39,836 bases of DNA from a virus (taxonomy: Duplodnaviria > Caudoviricetes): positions 1 through 39,836 of IMG/VR virus record IMGVR_UViG_3300048855_000212. One strand, written 5' to 3'. Shown here piece by piece: positions 1 to 8,800 of the stretch (its first letter is position 1; each line of letters begins with the position of its first letter). The position numbers were made by a program, and so were the translations under genes. The notes below the pieces were generated by a model. It worked only from the letters and a program-made list of their open reading frames with translations, was not told where the DNA came from and did no database searches.

Positions 1-573
1 TTGATACCTAATTGGAATGCCGAAGGCGTTCTTCCGCCGATGAACGACTCTAATCCAACAGGGTTTGATCGAGCACCGTACGAGGTGACGCTAAGTCAGG
101 TAGTTGAGCGATTCGCGACCAGTCTAGAGCGCTGTGATATTCTAGATGGGTACATCAAGCACCGTGCCGAGCTTCATAAAATGGGGCTTACCGTAGGGTT
201 CCAATGGCTTGATGGTAGCTTCTCGGAGGACATCGAAATGCTTGAGCAGCGTGCGCCTCGGGATATCGATGTCGTCACCTTCACGCCGGCAGATGACTCA
301 TTTCTGCTTGGGCTGACTACGGAGCAGATCGATCTGCTTGGCAATCAGAAGAAAATCAAAACCGATTACAAGGTAGATTTCTATGTGCAGTCACTAAGCG
401 ACCCCGTGGACACTCTGGTTTCAATGACTACCTACTGGTACAGCATGTGGTCACATAGGCGAACCGGGCAATGGAAAGGCTTCGTTAAGGTAGACCTCTC
501 GCCATCGCTAGACGCGGATGCCATCGCTGTGCTTAATGAACGTCAGAAGGAGCTTGCAGATGAACAGATCTGA
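1..573 (+). CDS. DUF6932-like predicted nucleotidyltransferase (Pol-beta fold)
   Basis: N-terminal 'WNAEGVLPP', 'WLDGSF' followed by 'PRDIDVV' (GS...DxD signature) and C-terminal 'WKGFVKV'; TTG start at the window edge. Confidence 0.7.
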   Translation: MIPNWNAEGVLPPMNDSNPTGFDRAPYEVTLSQVVERFATSLERCDILDGYIKHRAELHKMGLTVGFQWLDGSFSEDIEMLEQRAPRDIDVVTFTPADDSFLLGLTTEQIDLLGNQKKIKTDYKVDFYVQSLSDPVDTLVSMTTYWYSMWSHRRTGQWKGFVKVDLSPSLDADAIAVLNERQKELADEQI

Positions 574-1462
574 ATACGTCAGCAAGTCCGCTGAGCTTGG
601 CTTTCTAGAAAAGCAAGCGGCGTCGCCTGGTATAAGCCGCCTCACGCTGATGTCAATTCAGTCCAGGATTGATCAGGCGCGCCAGTTCTTGAGTGAGAAT
701 AGCGGCCATGCTTATCGACCTGCCAAGGTGAGGCTGACATATCGCGGAGTCCCGGTAATCGGTACTCACGGTGTACTTGCCGAATTCGGTGCTGCGGCAA
801 CGAAGGCATTCAGCGTTGCCATCACCGCAATCGCGGCATCCGTGTCAGGTGCCCTCGCCGACAAAGGTCCAATTCCTAACAGATTGGCTAATCAGTTGCT
901 CATTACTGGTCCGGCCCGGGGCTCTTTTGGTTTTGAGCTTGAGGAGATTTCCGCTGAGCGACAGCTTGATATCGAAGGCACCACTCCGGTAGCCCAAGCG
1001 ATTGAGATCCTTACTGATCTCCTTGAAGGGACAACCAAAAGCGATGAAGAGCTTTCCGAGCCGCTTTCTCGCCTTGCAGACCGAGCTATCCTCGCAGTAA
1101 CCGACTTTTTATCTGAGCTAGCCGATAATGATGCTTCATGCGCACTGTCTACGGAGACTCGCAGCTTTAGGTTTGCAGATGTTGAGCAGGTCAAGCGTAG
1201 CAAGGCCAGGCTGAGTCGGGATAACATAAAAGAGGAGGACGAAGTACTTGTCGGATCATTCCTTGGAGTGTTGCCCGACAAGCGACTATTTGAATTCAGA
1301 ACAGTCGATGGTGAAGTCATCTACGGCCGGATTCCCACTGACATCTCGTCACCAAACGAGATCAATCGGAATCTCTCCACTCAAGTCAAGATCGTCGTCA
1401 CAGCCAGGCGAATTGGTTCGAGCAACCCTCGTTACAGGTTGAAGACGCTCCCATGGACCTGA
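560..1462 (+). CDS. Hypothetical protein (300 aa), partner of the nucleotidyltransferase; possible C-terminal beta-barrel/OB-like domain
   Basis: AGGAG RBS at 548-552 before ATG 560; overlaps the upstream gene by 14 nt; followed by a terminator. Confidence 0.75.
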   Translation: MNRSEYVSKSAELGFLEKQAASPGISRLTLMSIQSRIDQARQFLSENSGHAYRPAKVRLTYRGVPVIGTHGVLAEFGAAATKAFSVAITAIAASVSGALADKGPIPNRLANQLLITGPARGSFGFELEEISAERQLDIEGTTPVAQAIEILTDLLEGTTKSDEELSEPLSRLADRAILAVTDFLSELADNDASCALSTETRSFRFADVEQVKRSKARLSRDNIKEEDEVLVGSFLGVLPDKRLFEFRTVDGEVIYGRIPTDISSPNEINRNLSTQVKIVVTARRIGSSNPRYRLKTLPWT

Positions 1463-1482
1463 ACTGAGTAGATCCATCAATT

Positions 1483-1508
1483 AAGCCCGCCATCGAGCGG
1501 GCTTTTTT
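1483..1508 (+). terminator. Rho-independent terminator
   Basis: AAGCCCGC-catcga-GCGGGCTT stem plus T-run right after the 1462 stop. Confidence 0.85.
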
Positions 1509-1567
1509 GTCTTCTTTTACGCATCTACAGTTTGACAGTCTATAACCCAGCCACCAGCCTCATGCCC

Positions 1568-1849
1568 ATGAAAACGCTTTTCCTGCTTATGGCCCAATAC
1601 GACGGCCAAGTCATTGTCCCCCTGGAGCGCATCTGCTCCGACTACTTCACACATCTGACACCTGACGCTATGAAGATGAAGGTTGCGGCCGGCCACATCG
1701 ACCTGCCACTGATCAAGATCGAGCAAAGCCAGAAGTCAGCCCGCGGCGTCCATGTGAACGACCTAGCCGATTATCTGGATGCTCGACATAAGTCTGCGAA
1801 GGCTGAACATGATCGACTCATGGGGCGCGTGCCGCCCAAGCAATGGTAA
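1568..1849 (+). CDS. Pyocin activator PrtN-family DNA-binding protein
   Basis: 'MKTLFLLMAQYDGQVIVPLERICSDYF...SQKSARGVHVNDLADYLD' matches the PrtN family; start could also be 1562. Confidence 0.8.
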   Translation: MKTLFLLMAQYDGQVIVPLERICSDYFTHLTPDAMKMKVAAGHIDLPLIKIEQSQKSARGVHVNDLADYLDARHKSAKAEHDRLMGRVPPKQW

Positions 1850-1861
1850 TTCAAACAAAGG

Positions 1862-2101
1862 ATGGCCGAGATGAGGAATGCTAAAGCTGATGCGGACGTG
1901 ATTGAATTCATTCGGTTGCCTGAGGTGAAGCGGCTCACGGGCCTGAGCACAGCGACTATCTATCGATTGGCGTCATGCGGAGAGTTCCCTAGGCAGGTGA
2001 AGATCGGAGCGCAGGCAGTGGGGTGGGTAAAATCAGAGCTTCTGGCTTGGTGCCGCGCGAAGGTGGAGGCGTCTCGTAAATCGCAAGGTAGCAGCGGCTA
2101 G
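1862..2101 (+). CDS. alpA: AlpA-family regulator / recombination directionality factor
   Basis: 'FIRLPEVKRLTGLSTATIYRL...FPRQVKIG..AVGWVKSEL..W' is the AlpA HTH pattern. Confidence 0.85.
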   Translation: MAEMRNAKADADVIEFIRLPEVKRLTGLSTATIYRLASCGEFPRQVKIGAQAVGWVKSELLAWCRAKVEASRKSQGSSG

Positions 2102-2185
2102 ATCGAAGAGGTGCCTCAGGCCTCCCAAGCGGTCACATTGCTCGAAGTGGGCAAAGGCTGGAAACTCTAGAGCCTAGGGGTCTGC

Positions 2186-2213
2186 TGGTGTCCACTGAGT
2201 GGTGTCCACTGAG
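2186..2213. repeat. Perfect 14-bp tandem direct repeat TGGTGTCCACTGAG x2, possible integrase arm site or element boundary
   Basis: Copies read directly at 2186-2199 and 2200-2213; function is inferred. Confidence 0.8.
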
Positions 2214-2261
2214 CCCCAAACCCAGCCAAGCCGTGGTCGACGCCTGTTGGGTATGGGTAGC

Positions 2262-2663
2262 TTAGCTTTTAAAAATGAAATCGTCATAAACGCTGAGATG
2301 CTTTTTGGCTTGGCCAACAGAAAAATTACAATTTTCCGCTTTTTGCACTTCAGTCGAGGTCTTCTGCCAGTCCGCACGCATTTCGTAGAGCGTGTCGGCC
2401 CTTCGGTCGATCTGTCGTACAAGGGCCGTAACCTTAAGTGGGTCGGTGCCCGGATATTTCAGTGCGGCGGATAAGAGGGACTGTACGTAATCGCTGCGAA
2501 GTTTCTCTTGGTTGCACAGTCTGAGTTCGGCCATGTCGTCCGCAGCGACATTGTCTATTAATGACATAAACTGCTTTTTATCTGCTTTGGAAGCCGCAGC
2601 CCATGCGGGAGACATTGCGCCAAGGGCGGCCATACCTAATGCAGCAATCGCTATAAATTTCAT
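2262..2663 (-). CDS. Exported hypothetical protein (phage-end cargo)
   Basis: Signal peptide 'MKFIAIAALGMAALGAMSPAWA'; TATGAT -10-like element upstream on the minus strand. Confidence 0.7.
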   Translation of the reverse strand: MKFIAIAALGMAALGAMSPAWAAASKADKKQFMSLIDNVAADDMAELRLCNQEKLRSDYVQSLLSAALKYPGTDPLKVTALVRQIDRRADTLYEMRADWQKTSTEVQKAENCNFSVGQAKKHLSVYDDFIFKS

Positions 2664-2737
2664 GGAGATCCGTTCCGGAATAGGTCGCGCATCATATCTA
2701 CTCAGGCTTTCTCCCCGCTACAGCTTTCTAATTCCCG

Positions 2738-3163
2738 TCACGGAACATCTTTAAAAAAGTTGTGGTGTCCCAGCTTCATAGTTTGCTTCGCTTTGGCTGC
2801 CCACTCCGGGGCCTTCGGCATGGTGGTCGCGTAGTAGTGAGTCGCGCCGCCAGTCGGGTCTGGCACTTTGCCGTCGATGACCTGGTCGGCAGCGATGCGA
2901 CACTGCGCAAGCTCGCGGAACGGGATCTGCCGCGCGCCGCTCAGGAATTGGTAGTTCGGATCGTTTCGGTTCCAGCAGCTGAACTGGTACGGCTTCTGGC
3001 AAACGCCGGCGTAGCCCTCGCCCCACCACGACTTGTCCTTACCGTCATCGACGCGGTTCCGGATTGTCCAGGCCACAGCCACCATCCCGGGCAGCCCCTC
3101 GCCGCGCGCTTCACCCCATAGGGTGCGCGCCAGCACATCGCGATCTTTCTCAGTCACGGTCAT
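2738..3163 (-). CDS. Cell wall hydrolase (SleB/Hydrolase_2 family), probable endolysin
   Basis: 'LARTLWGEARGE', 'QFSCWN', 'DPTGGATHYY' and 'LGHHNFF' motifs; GGAG RBS before ATG 3163. Confidence 0.88.
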   Translation of the reverse strand: MTVTEKDRDVLARTLWGEARGEGLPGMVAVAWTIRNRVDDGKDKSWWGEGYAGVCQKPYQFSCWNRNDPNYQFLSGARQIPFRELAQCRIAADQVIDGKVPDPTGGATHYYATTMPKAPEWAAKAKQTMKLGHHNFFKDVP

Positions 3164-3170
3164 AACTTTT

Positions 3171-3203
3171 CTCCAGGCATAAAAAATCCCGCTCAATGGC
3201 GGG
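3171..3203 (-). terminator. Terminator fused to the RBS of the endolysin gene
   Basis: Minus strand CCCGC-cattga-GCGGG-ATTTTTTATGCCTGGAG. Confidence 0.75.
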
Positions 3204-3225
3204 TTGCGGTTAGGCCGAGGGCTGC

Positions 3226-3504
3226 TTAAGTCGGAGGCACTGGCCACTCGACATCAGTGGGGTAGCCGGGCTGAAGCTGTATTTTCGCAAGCGCGGATCG
3301 GTATCTTTTCCAGGAGATCAGAAGCGCCTCGCCGGCATCGTCCGCGTCACCGGTATCGTGATCATCCTGAAGCGGCTGAATGGCATTGTCGGCAATCTTC
3401 TTGCGTCTGCCTTGATCGGCAATAACCTCGCCCATCAGCGTAATAATCCGCTGCGTTTCCTTCATCTCTTTTGTGATGAGTTTGGACCAGTCGATGTTGC
3501 TCAT
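3226..3504 (-). CDS. Tail fibre assembly protein
   Basis: 'IQPLQD..D...LISWKRYRSAL..I..QPGYP..VEWP' pattern; downstream of the fibre gene. Confidence 0.85.
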   Translation of the reverse strand: MSNIDWSKLITKEMKETQRIITLMGEVIADQGRRKKIADNAIQPLQDDHDTGDADDAGEALLISWKRYRSALAKIQLQPGYPTDVEWPVPPT

Positions 3505-3830
3505 GCCTCGGCTACCTCTTCGTCTGTTGCCGCCGGCAGTGGCTGGGGTAGCGCGACCGGGCCGTCCAGGACGATAGTCAGCGGTTCGGGGAATGCCTGC
3601 TCAGGGCTATAGTTGACCGGGTTGGGCAATATCAAGGTAAGAATGATTTCGCCGTCGACCATCTCAATGTCTCCCGCAAACCATTCGGAACTGATGGCCG
3701 AACTTGGTAACGTGGAACCCTCGAGCATCGGTGACAAGTCGAATCGCTCACCATTGAGGACCAAGGTATTGCCATTTTTTACGACTAGCAGTTCTTTTTC
3801 TGTTAGCTGAGGGCTAAGATTTATTCGCAT
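3501..3830 (-). CDS. Tail fibre-associated hypothetical protein
   Basis: 'MRINLSPQ...LNGERFDLSP...LP..AI.SEWF' is a type commonly seen after Pseudomonas phage fibres; TAATG overlap with the fibre stop. Confidence 0.75.
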   Translation of the reverse strand: MRINLSPQLTEKELLVVKNGNTLVLNGERFDLSPMLEGSTLPSSAISSEWFAGDIEMVDGEIILTLILPNPVNYSPEQAFPEPLTIVLDGPVALPQPLPAATDEEVAEA

Positions 3831-4840
3831 TACTTCCACCTACCTTTCGCAATGTAACCACAGTAGCCAGTCGCGTTTTGAACGAATGAAGCGGCGTTAA
3901 TTGTCACCTGGCTCGAACTGCGATCGACAGCAGCCAGATACGACCAGATCGGCCCAGCTGTGGCTGAGGTTCTAGAGCATGTAGGGGCTACCACTGGGGC
4001 CTCCAGGAATGCATGGGGGAATACCATCGTTACCGCCGTCGAGCCTATATAGGCGTTACCTGATGGAGTGCCGGTGGAGGATAGGTTTGGACTCTGGAAC
4101 TCACAGATCAAAGTTCCGTCAGCGTATTTGCTGAAGGATCCATTGACGTTCGAACCTCTGAGCAACAGGTCAACTCCAGCAAGTTGAAACCCGGCGGGCA
4201 CGTTCAGGATGCCGCTGTATGAGAGCGTGGTTGCTGGACCACCGACGGTGTTGTTGGCGTTGACACTGCGGAAGCTGAATCCTCCCTCGCCCCCGCCTTT
4301 GTTGTTCACAAAGCTAGATGCGCCGGATACCCCGCCCGTGTCGTTCCAGCCAATGTATGTACCGTCGCCGGCGCCAGCGGCGGTGGCTGCAGTTAGCCGA
4401 AGGTTGCTGAAACGAGGCGTGTATGAGCCTCCCGCCCCGGGCATGGCGCCGAGAGCATTAAGAAGTTCGGTCGCACTGCCAACGCTCTGGCCGGTGCCAC
4501 CTTTGTCCAGGGGCAAAGTGTCGTAGTTGCCGGTTGTGCCGAGCGCGGCCAGCTTCGCGCCGAATTGATTCACAAGGGAGCGCAAGGCGTCGGCGGAGTC
4601 CTTAACATAGCCTTGCATTGGGGCCAGAGCGTATGTGCCTGCGGCATTGTTCGCACCCTGATAGTTTGGCGAGATCGACATCGCCGTGTTGCTGGCGATG
4701 TTGGTGACCTCGTACCAGCCACCATCAGGACCGCGGAAGGCATCGCCTACACGGGCGTTAGCGATGAACGCAGTTCCGCTTCCGGTGACAGCATTCGAAT
4801 TTTGGGCGACGGAAACCGTCCCGGTTTTGTACCAGGGCAT
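3830..4840 (-). CDS. Tail fibre protein
   Basis: N-terminal 'MPWYKTGTVSV...GDAFRGPDG.WYEV', Gly/Ser/Thr-rich body and C-terminal 'GSNVNG...KYADGTLIC...AKGRWK'. Confidence 0.85.
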   Translation of the reverse strand: MPWYKTGTVSVAQNSNAVTGSGTAFIANARVGDAFRGPDGGWYEVTNIASNTAMSISPNYQGANNAAGTYALAPMQGYVKDSADALRSLVNQFGAKLAALGTTGNYDTLPLDKGGTGQSVGSATELLNALGAMPGAGGSYTPRFSNLRLTAATAAGAGDGTYIGWNDTGGVSGASSFVNNKGGGEGGFSFRSVNANNTVGGPATTLSYSGILNVPAGFQLAGVDLLLRGSNVNGSFSKYADGTLICEFQSPNLSSTGTPSGNAYIGSTAVTMVFPHAFLEAPVVAPTCSRTSATAGPIWSYLAAVDRSSSQVTINAASFVQNATGYCGYIAKGRWK

Positions 4841-4870
4841 GGATTATCTCCAGTTGAAAGGGTTGCTGGG

Positions 4871-5533
4871 TCAGGAGGCCAGGCGGGCACAGAGAAAAGG
4901 ACGATTGCCGGGGTCGGCAGTCCATGCGGTGGTGGCGACGCTGTACATGAGAATTCTGTTATTCGCGTAGTCCACGCCCAGAGAGCAAAGCCCGCCGCTC
5001 GTTTGGTTGTGGCAATACATCGAGAACGGGTTTAGGGAGACGTATTCACCTGGGCCTAGGGCCTTCGATATGGACCATATCCACCTTCGCCCGATGGCCA
5101 GGTCTTCAAATCCGGCATACGTCCAGGCTCCCGAAGCGAAGGTCACGACCACCGCCGGCGCACCGCTGTCGTATACCAGCGTGCCAGCACCGTCCCAGAT
5201 TCTCATCCCGAACTGGGCGGTCCCCATTGACGACCAAGCAGCTGCGAAATACAAACCGCTCAGGTTGCCGTTCACGTTGGACGCTCTCATCGAGAACCCA
5301 GTCCAGTTACCCGGCCCTCCCGTAAACCAGACGGAAAATGGCACCTGGATCGCACCGCCGTCCGGCCGGATGAAAACCAGCGGCGGATCTGCGCTGGTGA
5401 CCGCGCGAGGGAATGTGACGTTCGCCACACCGTTGCCTGCATAGCTCCCCTTGGTCAGCACGCAAAGGCGTGGTGCTTCGGCGTCGATCTGGACGTAGCC
5501 GCTGTCGTTGATACATAAGACGCCGTAACTCAT
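4871..5533 (-). CDS. Tail tip accessory protein (post-J)
   Basis: ATGA overlap with the upstream gene; 'FGMRIWDGAGTLVYDS' motif; position after J. Confidence 0.7.
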   Translation of the reverse strand: MSYGVLCINDSGYVQIDAEAPRLCVLTKGSYAGNGVANVTFPRAVTSADPPLVFIRPDGGAIQVPFSVWFTGGPGNWTGFSMRASNVNGNLSGLYFAAAWSSMGTAQFGMRIWDGAGTLVYDSGAPAVVVTFASGAWTYAGFEDLAIGRRWIWSISKALGPGEYVSLNPFSMYCHNQTSGGLCSLGVDYANNRILMYSVATTAWTADPGNRPFLCARLAS

Positions 5534-5898
5534 GCTCCCCACCTTATGGCGTAAGCCTTGGCCACTATCTTGGTCTGATTGGTATTGTTCAGGTTTGCAC
5601 CTGGGTTAGCCGACCGGACTGTCACCTGGTTCATCGCCACGGTCACGTAGGGATAGGACTTGGTGTTGCCGGTCGCGTCACCAGAGCTGGACTGAATGTC
5701 TTGAACCCTTGTTGGGATGATCATGAACACGCAGTTGGCCGGGTTGAACCCTGGGATGTTGTAGGTGTAGATGGTTGGCGTGTTGCCGCTGGTCATGCTG
5801 AAGTCGACGACCCCCTGCCAGATCACCTGGTAGGTGAAGGTAGGGGTGTCCATCACCAGATTGCCATTTTCGTCCCAGACCCTCGCTCCGTAACTCAT
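5530..5898 (-). CDS. Tail tip accessory protein (post-J)
   Basis: ATGA overlap with the J stop; 'YGARVWDENGNLVMD' motif. Confidence 0.7.
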   Translation of the reverse strand: MSYGARVWDENGNLVMDTPTFTYQVIWQGVVDFSMTSGNTPTIYTYNIPGFNPANCVFMIIPTRVQDIQSSSGDATGNTKSYPYVTVAMNQVTVRSANPGANLNNTNQTKIVAKAYAIRWGA

Positions 5899-8800
5899 GC
5901 GTCGAGATTCCCCCACTGATAGCGCTTCACGCCGTTCTGATCGAACACCTTGCCGCCTGAACCGTTAATGACTTGTCGGCCACCGCCGCCGAGCGGAGTG
6001 TTGATCTCGAAGGTTCCGTCTTTGTTGAGGATCCACCCAGACTGTCCGGCGATGTAGTTCGTTGAGCTGATGTAGCTGCCGATTTTTGCGTTGGTGATCG
6101 TGCCGTCTTGGATGAAGGTGGGCCCGAGAAACAGTTGCCCGCCCTGAGCAACAAACGGCGTGGAGATGGCGCCGCCGGCGACGGTGTTCACCAGCGCAAA
6201 TCGGTCAGCCGACATGAGGATCTGGCTTTGCAAGACCCCTCCAACGTTCTCGATTCCAGCCCCAATTCCGGCCATTACGTACTGGCCGTTCGAGTTGACC
6301 TGGAGCTTCACCGCATACATCGCGGAAAGTTTGCCGTCTGTTGAGGCCTGCGCCTGGCTTACCGTCTGCACGGCAGCAGAGGCGTTGCCAGCAGTAGCCT
6401 GAGCCGTATCGATCCGGGTGGAAAGCGCACCATCTGCATCGGATCGGGCCGTAGCCTCGGACTGGATCGCCGACTGATTGCTTCCAACGGCCGCCGACAG
6501 CGTGGTCAATTGCTGCGCGGTCGCCTGCTGGTTGGTAGCAACCGTGGTTTCAACGATGGTTATCTTCGATTCGGTCGTCCCGACGCGGGAATCGAGCGTG
6601 GTAATGCGCTGGGCCTGAGCGAAGTCCTGCTCAGTCCTGACCTTCACCTCCTGGGCATAGCTGGCAGTGCTGTCCCATCCTTTCAGCGCATCCGCCAGTT
6701 CGCCTTCGCCGCTGTCTTCGCGAGATGAAGCTTGCAGCGCCTGAAGCTGAGAAGCTGTCGAGGTGGTCTTGCCGTCGATGGTCGTGATATCAGTCGTATT
6801 CTTCGTTACCTGAGCGGCCAGGCCGTTGGCAGTTCGGACCGACTGGCCGCTGTTGACCCAGTACGTCGGGTTCGGCGGTCCGTTCGAGCCGTCGGCTTTT
6901 GCCGGCACGTCGGTGATCGCGGTCCACAGGTTGTCGCCCACCCGGACGGTGTTGTCGCGCACGTAGGCATCGGTCGGAACGTAGACCAGCGCATCGACCA
7001 GATCGCCGATCTCGTCTTTGATCTCTTCGATACGCTCGTTAACCGAGCCCGGGCCATTCCCGTCGATCAGATCAATGCGGTCCAGCAGGTGTTTACCGAG
7101 CTCAGTCTCGCCAATCTGACCCGCGATCATGTCGAGAATGGCGCCAGCTTCTGAACTGGTCTGGCCCATCACTCCAATGCCGGCCGGATACCACGGGCCG
7201 ATGTTCCCCGAGCGGTCGACCAGTCGCGCCCAGAAGAAGAACGTCACGCCGGCACGCAGGCCCTGCATGTTGTGCTCGGACTGCGGATAAGCCAGATCGC
7301 TGAGCTTTGTGGCTGCAGCCCGGTCCGTGGTCGGGCCGTACCAGATTTCGGTCCGCTGGGTGTCCTCCGCACCTGGTGGAAATGTCCACTTGAGGTGAAT
7401 GCCGAAGATCAGCGCCGACGCTGTCAGCGATGTCACCGCCGGCGGCAGGCCCTCTTTGCCGTTGAGCTGGGTCAGGATCGAGCTGCGCCATACCGAGGAG
7501 ATGTCATAGGCACTGACTGCCCGGACGCGCGCAAGGTAGGCGCCGGAGTAGATGCCCACGATATCGACGCTGTTTGCGCCGGTGCGCTGGACCTTGATCC
7601 AGTTGCCATTGTCCTTGCGCCATTCGACGTCATAGCCCACCGCGCCATTTACCGCAGGCCAGGTGATCGTCATGGTGGTGACTGCGAGGCCCTGCGCGAT
7701 CGCAGTTGTCGAGGTCAGTGTCACGCTCGCCGGCGCCGGAACGACCGTCAGCGGGATCACACTGATCGGCCGCTCTTCCAAGCGCGCGCCGGTGTCGATG
7801 TAGGCGAACTTGCCCGGCTCATATTGCAGCGCCGATATCTCGTAATCGCCTTCGGTAGTCCGCTTGGTGGTCAAGACACGAAATAGCGGGATGGCCAGGT
7901 CATCGGCATCGAGCGCCCACTGAAGCTCTGGGCCTGGGGTTTGGCTGTACGCGGTGGTGACCGTGATCGCTCGACCATTTACAGATTGCACGGTGCGGGC
8001 TTGCGCCTGGCCGCTGGGCAGGTTGACGATCAAGCGGTCGCCGGCCTTGGCCATCGTGTCCCGGTCCAACGTCACCACGCGACCAGCAGCGGCAGAGATA
8101 CGGCCGCCAACCTCGCGACCAGCCAACAGCGAGTCAGCCACCGGGATGATGTAGCCCGGCAGTGGTATCGCGCCCTCCATGCCCGTCTTGAACGTGACAG
8201 TCCGGTCCTGGTTGTTGCTCATTACCACCCATTTACCGCGGCGCTGAGCTTCAGATGCACGGGTGCAGCCGATCGCGCTGATCTCGGTGGGTCTGTCGTC
8301 GAAACGGCGCTGCAGCGCCAGGTCCGAATAGGCGGTCACGTCGGTGTCGTAGTTGTTGGCCGGGTTGTCGTAGCTGACGATCGCGCGCGTATACCGCGTT
8401 TTTGCCGAGGCGCTGCCGTAGTTAATCTCCCCGCCAATCACGTTGGACCGGGTGAACACGTAGTCGAAATCCTGTGCGCGCGGCATGTCCGCTTGCATAA
8501 CGAGCTGGCCCTGCGCCCAGTAAGTCATGCCTCGATAAATCGCCGAGATGTCGCGCAGCAGCGTCCAGGCGTCAGCCTTACCCTGAAGGTTCATGTCGCA
8601 GAGAAAGCGCGGCTCCTGCCCTCCGATGCCATCTGACACCAGTTGGTCGCAGTACTGGGCAATCCGGTACAACTCCCACTTATCGACCATGTACGGCTTG
8701 ATGCGCTTTCCGAGCCCGAAGCGGTCCACGGTGCAGATGCCGTAGGTGACCCACGCAGGGTTGTTGGTCCATGCCTGCTTGAAGGTCCCATCCCAGACAC

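Noticed and set aside
2186-2213. Possible CRISPR or mini-array
   Set aside because: Only two abutting 14-bp copies, no spacer and no cas genes.
1485-3203. Near-identical inverted sequences CCCGCCATYGAGCGGG at about 1486 and 3188 as possible transposon or invertible-segment ends
   Set aside because: Both are explained as ordinary intrinsic terminators; no transposase or invertase is nearby.
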